NCBI GenBank assembly: GCA_965202665.1
Contig: OZ241841.1
Location: 320,001-384,000, forward strand
Reading direction: 5' to 3'
Length of the DNA: 64,000 nt
DNA from: Candidatus Spongiisociaceae bacterium
Lineage (GTDB): Bacteria > Actinomycetota > Acidimicrobiia > Spongiisociales > Spongiisociaceae
The notes beneath the pieces are model-generated. The model ran no database searches. It had not been told where the DNA came from and saw only the letters and a program-made list of their open reading frames with translations. The stretch's first letter is position 1. Every line of letters starts with the position of its first letter. This document shows positions 38,721 to 47,312 of the stretch, piece by piece. A program made the translations under genes and the position numbers.

Positions 38721-40094
38721 ATGTCAGGCAAAGCAGTAGGAGCACGCCTTCCCCGCTACGACGGGATGGGGCATGTGACGGGGACCACCCGGTTCGTGGA
38801 CGATGTGCGGGCGCCCCGCATGCTGTGGGCGAAGATGCTTCGCTCCCCCCATCACCACGCGGCCATCACCGGCTTGGACACCTCGGCGGCGGAAGCCTCC
38901 CCGGGGGTGCGGGCGGTGATCACCTGGCGGGACGTCCCCCATCTGGAATACGGGCATTTGGAGGCCCTGGGCATCCCCGCCGACGAGCCGTTGCTGGCCA
39001 AAGACGAGGTGCGCTACCTGGGGCAGCCGATCGCGTTTGTGGCGGCCGAGGACGAAGACGCCGCCGCCGCCGGGGCGGAGGCGGTGCGGGTGGAATACGA
39101 GGAGCGCCCGGCCGTGTTCGACGTGCGCAAAGCCTTCGACGACGACACCGCCCGCGTCCATCCGTGGGGCAACTGGTATCCCCACTTCGAGGGGGAAATG
39201 GACCGCCGCCAAATCCGCAAAGGGGACTTTGCGCAGGCGGCCGAGCGGGCCGACAAACTTATTTCCGGGGTGTACCGCCCGGCCGCCATCGAGCACGTCC
39301 CGGTGGAAACCCAGGTGTGCCTGACCGTGCCGGAACCGGACGGGCGGCTCACCATCCACTCCTGCACCCAGGCCCTGTATTTTTCCATGGGGGTGGTGGC
39401 CGCCCATCTGCAGGTGCCCCTCAACAAACTGAAGGTGGTGGGGGGCACGGTGGGCGGCGGGTTCGGCGGGAAAGTGGACACCGCCAGCGACACCGTCACC
39501 GCTTTGGCCGCCCAGAAGACGGGTCGGCCGGTGAAATGGCGGTGGACGCGGGAAGAAGAGTTCCTGGTGTCGTCCACCCGCGCCCCCTGGCATATGGAAA
39601 TCATCGACGCGGTGACCGCCGACGGGTGGATTCTGGGGCGGAAGATGCTCACTTTGCACGATTCGGGGGCCTACTCCCGGTTCTCCCCCTACGGGGTGAC
39701 CAAGCACAGTTTCCACCACACCGGGGCCTACACCATCCCCAACCTGCATTTCGACGGTTACGTGGTTTACACCAACCGGGTGCCCACCACCGCCATGCGC
39801 GGGTTCGGGGTGACTTCGGTGTCGTTTGCGGTGGAAACCCATATGAGCCGGGTGGCCCGGGAGCTGGGTTTGGACCCGTATGAAATCCGCCTGAAAAACG
39901 CCAATCGCATCAACGACACCTCCCCCAACCGCATCCGCTACACCGATCCCAGCACGGTGGACGTGGTGAAGTCCATCGCCGAGGCGGAAGGGGTGGAGTT
40001 GGCGCCCGCTTACGCCGGGATGAGCCGGGAGCCGCGGGCGGGGGATCTGCTGCCCGAACATCTGGTTTCGCAAATGAAGACGGAGGGACACTGA
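38721..40094 (+). CDS. Molybdopterin-binding subunit, N-terminal half (split large subunit)
   Basis: LRSPHHHA, VGGGFGGK, AMRGFG. Confidence 0.9.
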   Translation: MSGKAVGARLPRYDGMGHVTGTTRFVDDVRAPRMLWAKMLRSPHHHAAITGLDTSAAEASPGVRAVITWRDVPHLEYGHLEALGIPADEPLLAKDEVRYLGQPIAFVAAEDEDAAAAGAEAVRVEYEERPAVFDVRKAFDDDTARVHPWGNWYPHFEGEMDRRQIRKGDFAQAAERADKLISGVYRPAAIEHVPVETQVCLTVPEPDGRLTIHSCTQALYFSMGVVAAHLQVPLNKLKVVGGTVGGGFGGKVDTASDTVTALAAQKTGRPVKWRWTREEEFLVSSTRAPWHMEIIDAVTADGWILGRKMLTLHDSGAYSRFSPYGVTKHSFHHTGAYTIPNLHFDGYVVYTNRVPTTAMRGFGVTSVSFAVETHMSRVARELGLDPYEIRLKNANRINDTSPNRIRYTDPSTVDVVKSIAEAEGVELAPAYAGMSREPRAGDLLPEHLVSQMKTEGH

Positions 40095-41194
40095 TGGCCA
40101 AGCACCGGGGAAGCGGGATTTCCGCAATCGAGTATCCGACGGGGATGAACCAGAACGGGGACCCGTCCCAGGCGTGGATCAAGGTCAAGCCCGACGGCCG
40201 GGTGGACGTGTTTTCCGGCACGGCCGACATCGGCAACGGGGCGAAGACCATCCAGGCCCAGATCGTGGCCGATACCGTCGGAGTGCCCTACGACTGGGTC
40301 ACCTTCGACAATTCCAACACCGATTCGTCTCCGGTGTGCACCGGCACTTTCGCTTCCCGGGCCACTTTCGTGGCGGGCAACGCGGTGTTGAAAGCGGCCC
40401 GGCAGGTGCGGGAAAAGTTGCTGGAAATCGCGGGCAAGGAAATGGAGATCAGCCCGGAGGATCTGGAAATAGAGGACGGGCGGGTGACGGTGAAAGGCGA
40501 CCCCGGCTCCTCGATGGACGTGGCGGAGGTGGCGGGGGCGGCCGCTTTCGGACACGGGATTCTGGTGACCGGCACCGGGGCCCAGTTGAACCCTTATGCG
40601 GCCATCACCGACCCGGAAACCGGCGAGGTGGACGGCCCTCCGCACGCCGCCATCTCCTATGCGGCCTGCGCGGCGGAAGTGGAAGTGGACGATGAAACCG
40701 GGCAGGTGACGGTGCTGAAACTCACCCAGTCCTACGATGTGGGCCGGGCCATCAACCCGGCTTTGGTGGAAGGCCAAATCCAGGGCGGGGCGATTATGGG
40801 CTTGGGCCTGGGCGTGCTGGAAAACTCCTATCCTTATTACCCGTCGGTGGATCACCGGGGAAGCCAGTTCGGTTCCTACTACGCCCCCAGCCCGCTGGAC
40901 ATGCCGGAGATGCACACCATCATCATCGAAAACCCGTCGGCGGACGGCCCCTACGGTGCGAAAGGCATCGGCGAGATGGCCAACAACGGCCAGCCGGGGG
41001 CGATAGCGGCGGCGGTGCACGACGCCATAGGAGTGTGGATAACCGAGCTCCCCATAACCCCCGAGTCGGTGTTGCGGGCCCTGGACAAGAAAGCAACCGG
41101 AGAGCACGAACCCCGCCGTGAAGGCAAAATGGTAATCTTCGACGAAGACATCTCCGTAAACACGGTAGCCGCCGGCATCAGCTGGACCCCGTAA
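40094..41194 (+). CDS. Molybdopterin-binding subunit, C-terminal half
   Basis: DIGNG, GTFASR, DVGRAINPALVEGQIQGG, GAKGIGE; own GGAGGG RBS and TGATG coupling. Confidence 0.9.
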   Translation: MAKHRGSGISAIEYPTGMNQNGDPSQAWIKVKPDGRVDVFSGTADIGNGAKTIQAQIVADTVGVPYDWVTFDNSNTDSSPVCTGTFASRATFVAGNAVLKAARQVREKLLEIAGKEMEISPEDLEIEDGRVTVKGDPGSSMDVAEVAGAAAFGHGILVTGTGAQLNPYAAITDPETGEVDGPPHAAISYAACAAEVEVDDETGQVTVLKLTQSYDVGRAINPALVEGQIQGGAIMGLGLGVLENSYPYYPSVDHRGSQFGSYYAPSPLDMPEMHTIIIENPSADGPYGAKGIGEMANNGQPGAIAAAVHDAIGVWITELPITPESVLRALDKKATGEHEPRREGKMVIFDEDISVNTVAAGISWTP

Positions 41195-42035
41195 AACCCT
41201 CCTGCCCGATCGCGGAACAGAGCTCCATCATATCCGCAAAAGGAGCAACAGAAAAGTTGACTATTGTACTATAACTAGCCATCTGACGAATCATATTCTG
41301 AACATTCTTTTTATTTAACTTCTCCATTCGCTCATTAAAGAAAGAAAAAATAGTAGCCAAGGCCCTTGGCTCATTCATAACAGCAAGTCTTTTGACTAAT
41401 TCCTCCGCCAATATTTCCCAAACCTGCGAAGGATGAAGCATACTATGGATAGTTTCAAAACTCAAATGCTTTTCGGAGGTATCTGCAATACGACCGGCCA
41501 TTCTTACTCTCCACCACACCCTCGCTAATGGGCAATTTACTAACACGGAAACCTTTCCTCTAACATGCGGCAATCCACCCAAATAACGACAAATATTACG
41601 AGCGGTCCTATCATTGTCATCTTTCTTAACCAATCTACTTGCCCACCCTTCCTCTAACAGTTCTTCCTCTGCCCAAATAATATGCATCGCTGTCCAAAAA
41701 GCGGGACGCATTGCGTCAGCCGCGCTAATAGCACCAAACTCTCCGACTATTTCTCGTTCCAATTCCACCGGGACACATCGAGCCTCATCAACAGTCAGAC
41801 GACGTACAAGCAAAGGTATTTCCTTTGTTGCCTCAAGAATTTCGTTTCTGCTCTTGAAACCCAACTGCTCTCGTAGGTATTCAACCAATGCAGATATACC
41901 CTCACCTGCCGCAATTGCCAGCTCAGCCTGCCTCTGATGGAGTTCCTTGTCGTCACTCTGCTTTCCTTTTTTCACCACCACCCGCTGTTGCCAGGATGCC
42001 ACCGCCTCCTCAAAATTTTTTGTGATCATTATCAT
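41178..42035 (-). CDS. Hypothetical protein, DUF6339-like (gene 4 of low-GC operon)
   Basis: Low-GC 285-aa ORF with ATGA coupling; PAFWT..H and NCPLARVWW recall DUF6339 (from memory, unverified). Confidence 0.6.
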   Translation of the reverse strand: MIMITKNFEEAVASWQQRVVVKKGKQSDDKELHQRQAELAIAAGEGISALVEYLREQLGFKSRNEILEATKEIPLLVRRLTVDEARCVPVELEREIVGEFGAISAADAMRPAFWTAMHIIWAEEELLEEGWASRLVKKDDNDRTARNICRYLGGLPHVRGKVSVLVNCPLARVWWRVRMAGRIADTSEKHLSFETIHSMLHPSQVWEILAEELVKRLAVMNEPRALATIFSFFNERMEKLNKKNVQNMIRQMASYSTIVNFSVAPFADMMELCSAIGQEGFTGSS

Positions 42036-42808
42036 TCTCCTTCATCTATTGGCAGTAACAGTTCGAGACAAGTAGCAGCCGCCGCAGGATCATAATCTTC
42101 GGCGCACCAATCGGATACTCCCTTTTCATTTAAGCGCAAACTGATTTCTCTGAGAATCCGCGACTCATCCGGGTTTTGATATTCAGGATCGAATTTTGCC
42201 AAAGATCCTATCAAGGCAGCTATCCACACATCCCGCCGCTGCTGTATTTCTTTATGAATATCCTCAGCTAAATATACTGTAAATTTGATATGTTCGTTTG
42301 GTCCTTCAATTCTCATCGTCCCTGGTCTTGCTTTATCATCACGTAAGAATTCCAACATTGATGACAGCAAAGGTTCGGCAGAATAGATAATACCTTTTGC
42401 CAAGTAAGTACCTTCGACAAAAGTCAAAATTTCCTTGTCATTACCTTGCCAAACTTCATTAAAATACTTGGTTGGTATAGTCAGTTGCTTAACTACTACC
42501 AAACCAGAAATAATAAATACAGGAAGATGCCCACCAGTTTCGTTGATATCCCAAGAAACGGTAGTAACAGTATCCTGTGTCTGGTAAGATTTGGAGTACA
42601 GAGCTGCGGGAGAGCGAATCTCGATAATCCACTTTGCCTTGCCTTTGTCTACTAAACTATGCAAAACATCAGCATTAGAACCCTCAAATCTATTCGTCAC
42701 CAGAGCCTCCCCACCTCTAGTAGGCTGAACCTCGTTTTCATACTGAATGTCTAGAAAATCGGTACTTTGACCATCTGCACGGAGCATCGGACGCGAATAT
42801 GTTTTCAT
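42032..42808 (-). CDS. Hypothetical protein (gene 3 of low-GC operon)
   Basis: 258-aa low-GC ORF with ATGA overlaps on both sides; YSRPML N-terminus. Confidence 0.7.
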   Translation of the reverse strand: MKTYSRPMLRADGQSTDFLDIQYENEVQPTRGGEALVTNRFEGSNADVLHSLVDKGKAKWIIEIRSPAALYSKSYQTQDTVTTVSWDINETGGHLPVFIISGLVVVKQLTIPTKYFNEVWQGNDKEILTFVEGTYLAKGIIYSAEPLLSSMLEFLRDDKARPGTMRIEGPNEHIKFTVYLAEDIHKEIQQRRDVWIAALIGSLAKFDPEYQNPDESRILREISLRLNEKGVSDWCAEDYDPAAAATCLELLLPIDEGE

Positions 42809-44648
42809 TTTCGAACTACCAAATCAACAGCCAACACACCCTCCCCTATTCGAACAGGATGCTTTAATTTGACAACAAGTCTACCAAATCTTTCTGTTTC
42901 TACCTCGTATGGATCTGATTGCCGTGTTTCATCACATGCCACAATTTGAAAAAATTTATTGGCGAGCAACTCATCACATGTTTCATCCGAGCCCGTCTCT
43001 CGCAACACGCGCACACCTAATTTAGGATAAGTATGCTCACCAATATAACAATCAAAACCAACTATTTTGCCATTTTCTATTTTTTCCCGAGCCGAAAAAG
43101 ATACCTTTGCCGGTCTGCCTCTCTTCGCACGTCCAGCTGGTACATCAGGTTTCTTTGGCGGTACCCCCGTCTTGATATCATTACCATTTTTTCCCGTACG
43201 GCCACCACCCTCGCCTGGTTCTTCAACAGGCTTAGGAGTACGAGGAGGCGTACTAAGTGGCTCTGCTTTGACAACAGTACCAGAAGGAAAATCCGCAAAG
43301 CCAGCAGGGATAAATATCTTGCCCCTCGATTCTCCTACCTGTTCTTTCAACAAATTACAAGTTTCTAAAAGCAAACTTTCCAGTTTCTTTTTCTCCCGAC
43401 TGTTCAAATTACTTAAGTCAATTGCCATATGATCAGTACCTTCTGAACTTCGTATCAACTGATATAACTCGCTTGGCGAGTCTTGGGGATCAGGTAAAAT
43501 CACTGCATCAAATTGTTCGTAACCGGCAAACTTTGGAGGATCGAGATGAGGAGATTCCCAAGTGATCCACATTCCTTCTCTAAAAATATTAACACGGGTG
43601 TTCTTCTCCCTATCCTTAAGGAGACGAAACTTTATCAAAGTACCCATATCATGCTTTAAATTTTTACCTTTGACTATTGTCTGATAGGCTCGGTAAGCTA
43701 ATCCTTCTGGGAATGAACAATTTTTGCTACGAGAAACAGCACCAGATGAATCTAAAAACGACTTCACATTGCTGTTATCAACTCTTATGAGATTGTTGCT
43801 CTCTTGATCTAATCGGTTGTCGATCGAGACAGTCATTCTTTTATCAAGAATAGCAGCCAAAAAGTGCGAAGCAGACACTTTATAAATTTGTTTCATTGCA
43901 TAATTTGAATCTTCTCCAAAAAAATTGAATCCCAATATCGCCACTACCGTCCCAGTGCCACTTATACTTCTAATCTCTTTTGACAGTATCTTAGGTGACT
44001 CTGTTAAATATTCAACGCTACTATCAAATAGATCCAGTTGTTGTTTTTTTCTTAGGGCTAGAGTACCTTTGGCGGAAAGTGGTCCATTCCTCCCCCCCCC
44101 CCCATACGAGCAGCTAGTATCGCTCTACCTGAACCGGTAAAACCACTATCGGTCTTACCTCCATAAACAACATATCGTAAATCACTGGCTGCGAAAGCAG
44201 TAAGGTGGCCTAAACCGACCGAACCAGCTCCCTTCTCCGATTTATCCGTATTTCCTTCACTTAGTAGTCTATTCATCGTATTTCCATCGATTCCTATACC
44301 GTTATCTCGACAAAACAGTACGGGAATTTCACCACCTTGCATAGCAGTTTCTATCCGCTCACATATTTTCACATCTTGTTGCGAAAGTTGATTGTGTTGC
44401 TGGCGTTGTTCACGGGCAGATCTAAACGCTTCCAAGTAATCTTTCCAGGCTGGAAGATCCTCGGTGGCAACTATATCGATAGTAAACACTACATCTACCG
44501 AGTCGGTATCACGGTGACGAGCGTCCAAGCAGTTCTGGAGCAACTCGCGTATGACGGGCTCGGCATTCCCTCTGCTGTGAATATTGATCTGGCTGGTGGC
44601 AAACCCATCGCTGGTTTGCTCTTCGGGGAAAATAAGTTTCTCAGCCAA
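42805..44648 (-). pseudogene. GHKL/HATPase-fold protein frameshifted at a G12 tract (gene 2 of low-GC operon)
   Basis: IRELLQNCLDA (N box), DNGIGID (G1), GAGSVGLG (G2); after the tract another frame stays open (RNGPLSAKG...GTGTVVAILGF, G3-like) into ORF 42805-43944; G13 gives 614 aa. Confidence 0.82.
44092..44103 (-). repeat. G12 homopolymer at the GHKL frameshift
   Basis: Plus strand attcctCCCCCCCCCCCCatacg. Confidence 0.95.
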
Positions 44649-44666
44649 CTTTCAGACCTTCCTTGC

Positions 44667-45908
44667 CTAATCCGTACAGTCGCAAACGGGCGTACCGGTC
44701 GCCCCCGGAGCGCGTTTGCGAAAATTGCCAGCCCGCACTTGGGCATACGAAGGGGCGCCTACCCCCAAGAACCCAAACTTGGTAGTTCCGGTTCCGTCGC
44801 GACGGGTGGCCTCCCTCCGGTATTTCCGTTCTATTGTCTCCCACCATACTATATCTGACGGGGTTCCGTCAATTCGTTGTGGGTCGTCAATCTTTGTCAA
44901 ACGAACCAGCTGGTTGGTTCCCTTCATGAAGCAGAACGTACAGTTGCCCGCCTCGGCGGGCATCGACAAATCAAATGGGGCGTTACGCCAGTAATCGTCC
45001 ACCTCCTGTTTGGTGAAACCGGAATCGGCTAGAGGAAAGTGGGGGTGCTCCCCTCCCGGCTGGGATGCCGTACCGCACTGCTGACTGGACGCACCCTCGG
45101 AGATGAACGTTCTATCCAACACTCGGTTAACTCTCCTAATCTCATCGGAGCGTAAGCCCAGCAGCGTAAGATGATCAATAGGAGGGCGACCCCACAAACC
45201 TTCGCCTGGTTGAGGCGGATTTGTTATAGGAACATCAGTGAAATCATTCCACTTCTGTTCATCACGGGCTGATGGCTGGTCGAGCATGAATTCGGCCCGT
45301 CGCATAAAATCTACTCTTCTAGCCGTACCTCCCCTCTTCTCATATTCATCGGCCACGAACTCCGAGGACAGGTAGGGCTCATCCCTGTAGTGCCCTTGAT
45401 GGGCCGGACCGCCGCTTCCGCTGAACCATTCTTCAAGCAACTGATGGGCGGGTTGCAACTTTAGCTTGTACGTGCAGGAGCGTTGTCTCGGATTCGGCAA
45501 CATCTGCTGGAAGGAAAGCATCTCCTCAAAAACCTCTCCCCGCCAGCGGTAACCCTGCGGATGCTCTTCTACAGGCAACCGCTTCACCAGCCGAAAGGTT
45601 GGACGGCGACGGTAACCATAGTACGTTGCGTCCTCCACTGTACAGAATTCGTACCAAAGAACCGGCAGGCCATGCTCCACCTCCAGCAACCGGCTCACCT
45701 GGTCAGCGAACCGATAGGTGGCGGGATGCTCGGCGCTGGTGTTGGCGAAAAGGACCAAATCCCCCCGACTCGGATCAAGGGTTCGGCTCTCCGCCAACGC
45801 CACAGCGACAAGGGCCGACGACCGCCCACCGGAAAATTTGACGATGTGCGGCATCGCGGCATGTCGCGGATGCCGATATCTGACTTGGACTGCAGGTATT
45901 TTTTTCAT
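44667..45908 (-). CDS. PP-loop / PAPS-reductase-like (adenine nucleotide alpha-hydrolase) protein with Cys motifs (gene 1 of operon)
   Basis: VKFSGGRSS PP-loop, FANTSAEHPATY, RSCTYKLK, GLRSDEIRR, GNCTFCFMK, terminal CDCTD; ATG 45908 follows promoter. Confidence 0.82.
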   Translation of the reverse strand: MKKIPAVQVRYRHPRHAAMPHIVKFSGGRSSALVAVALAESRTLDPSRGDLVLFANTSAEHPATYRFADQVSRLLEVEHGLPVLWYEFCTVEDATYYGYRRRPTFRLVKRLPVEEHPQGYRWRGEVFEEMLSFQQMLPNPRQRSCTYKLKLQPAHQLLEEWFSGSGGPAHQGHYRDEPYLSSEFVADEYEKRGGTARRVDFMRRAEFMLDQPSARDEQKWNDFTDVPITNPPQPGEGLWGRPPIDHLTLLGLRSDEIRRVNRVLDRTFISEGASSQQCGTASQPGGEHPHFPLADSGFTKQEVDDYWRNAPFDLSMPAEAGNCTFCFMKGTNQLVRLTKIDDPQRIDGTPSDIVWWETIERKYRREATRRDGTGTTKFGFLGVGAPSYAQVRAGNFRKRAPGATGTPVCDCTD

Positions 45909-45917
45909 TGCCCGGGG

Positions 45918-45945
45918 ATTGTAGGCATGCCGCAAGCATATGCAA
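45918..45945 (-). promoter_or_regulatory. Sigma70-like promoter of the four-gene operon
   Basis: TTGCAT-N16-TACAAT-N9-ATG; overlapping palindromes GCATATGC and GGCATGCC. Confidence 0.6.
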
Positions 45946-46420
45946 GGCATTTCGACCTTCCAGGCGGCTAGGTGGGCAACGACGCAGGTGGGCCGCTCAA
46001 TTCTCCTTTGCCGATTCCGCCGGTTCGCCTTCATCAACTGGAGGGGCCTGTGCTTTTCGGCCTGCTCCCCTAAGCCGCCGTTGTCAGCAGGCGGAGCAAC
46101 CCCGTTTTCGGATGGCGCGGTGGCAGTGGAAACTTACCGGAATCCCCCTCATGGCCGGATGGCGTAATGACCGGCGTGGTCGGAGCGGTGGGATCACGCT
46201 TCCCCGGGGGGTGGGGGCGGAAAAGGGCCGCTGCTTCCGAATCATCATATCTAGGGGCCGACTGGTCGGAACTGCAAGGGGACGGACGGCGGTAAAAGGG
46301 TCGCCCCTTCCGAATCATCATATACGGCACCTTCGGATATATAAAAATCCTGCAGGAAGTTAGCGTCGGTTACCAGCATCGGAAGGTCTTTGTCTATGCC
46401 TATACGGCCTTCGGTGATTG

Positions 46421-47290
46421 TCATCCTTTTACATCTGCTTCTTTCACTTTTCGGGTTAGCTCAGCTAAAGGAATATTCAAACGAGCGCGTTGTTCATCTG
46501 TTCGCGCATATCTAATATCCGCCGCAACGGCCCTAATTTCATCTGATCTATTTCGTTGGACTGACCAAACAATAAAAAAACCTCCAGCGTTCCAAGATTC
46601 TACCGCTAACGTGAAAGGTAAATCTAGAAACAAAACCAACTCTCTCCCTTCAAAAGCATTAGCGGTTCGGGCTCTCGGATCATCGAGATGTTGCGTTGCC
46701 TCCTTAATGCTTTCCAAATTGTTAACATCAATTCCCCATAGGTTTTCTCTGTGTATAGACACCGTTAATATTGGGGGACCCGACCCAACCATATATTCAC
46801 TTATTGCTAAATCAACAAAGCAATAATAGTGGTAAAGTCCATTAATATCTTTACGCATGTATTTAGCTGGTATGAATAGATATGCAGCGCAACGAGTAGT
46901 ATCAGGGACTACAACTCCTCTAACAACTATATGAGGGGTATATCTTGCATCGTATCCTTCTCTGATCAACAGTTGCTCAAAAGTAATCTCATTTGCTGTA
47001 GGCAAATAGGGAGGCGCAGCGTTAACGGATAGCATTTCTACTCTAGCCAGAAGCTTTTTTGAACAAGGGTCTTGATTACCAAATTGAACAGTACAGGGAG
47101 GGATAACTCTGTCTAAATACGACACCTGAGGCCTTTTCATACTACGAACCTTATTCCCAGTGAACAACGACGACACCGTATTTGTAGTACTCTCACTCGG
47201 GGAAAGGTCGGTTTGCCCGCCGCAGGACAGCGCTAGCAAGGTTGCCCCAGCCAACAGCAGGGAGATGATCGCTCGGCGGCCTATTCGCAT
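46421..47290 (-). CDS. Hypothetical lipoprotein (YLxxxIPPC family), possibly 3'-truncated
   Basis: Lipobox LALSC; VSYLDRVIPPC..DPC, PHIVVRG, YYCFVD..EYMVGSGP; low GC. Confidence 0.7.
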   Translation of the reverse strand: MRIGRRAIISLLLAGATLLALSCGGQTDLSPSESTTNTVSSLFTGNKVRSMKRPQVSYLDRVIPPCTVQFGNQDPCSKKLLARVEMLSVNAAPPYLPTANEITFEQLLIREGYDARYTPHIVVRGVVVPDTTRCAAYLFIPAKYMRKDINGLYHYYCFVDLAISEYMVGSGPPILTVSIHRENLWGIDVNNLESIKEATQHLDDPRARTANAFEGRELVLFLDLPFTLAVESWNAGGFFIVWSVQRNRSDEIRAVAADIRYARTDEQRARLNIPLAELTRKVKEADVKG

Positions 47291-47312
47291 GGAGATTCTC
47301 CCGACACGGTCC

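Noticed and set aside
38721-41194. Frameshifted xdh large-subunit pseudogene
   Set aside because: The second half has its own RBS and TGATG coupling; natural splits are known in this family.
41178-45908. Canonical Dnd/Ssp phosphorothioation system or sulfate-assimilation cysH
   Set aside because: No DndA/B/D/E or SspB/C/E-like genes, no cys genes, and no ECGLH CysH tail.
46040-46420. Possible ncRNA or small ORFs upstream of the four-gene operon
   Set aside because: Only a short repeated TTCCGAATCATCATAT was noticed; no convincing structure, RBS or family motif.
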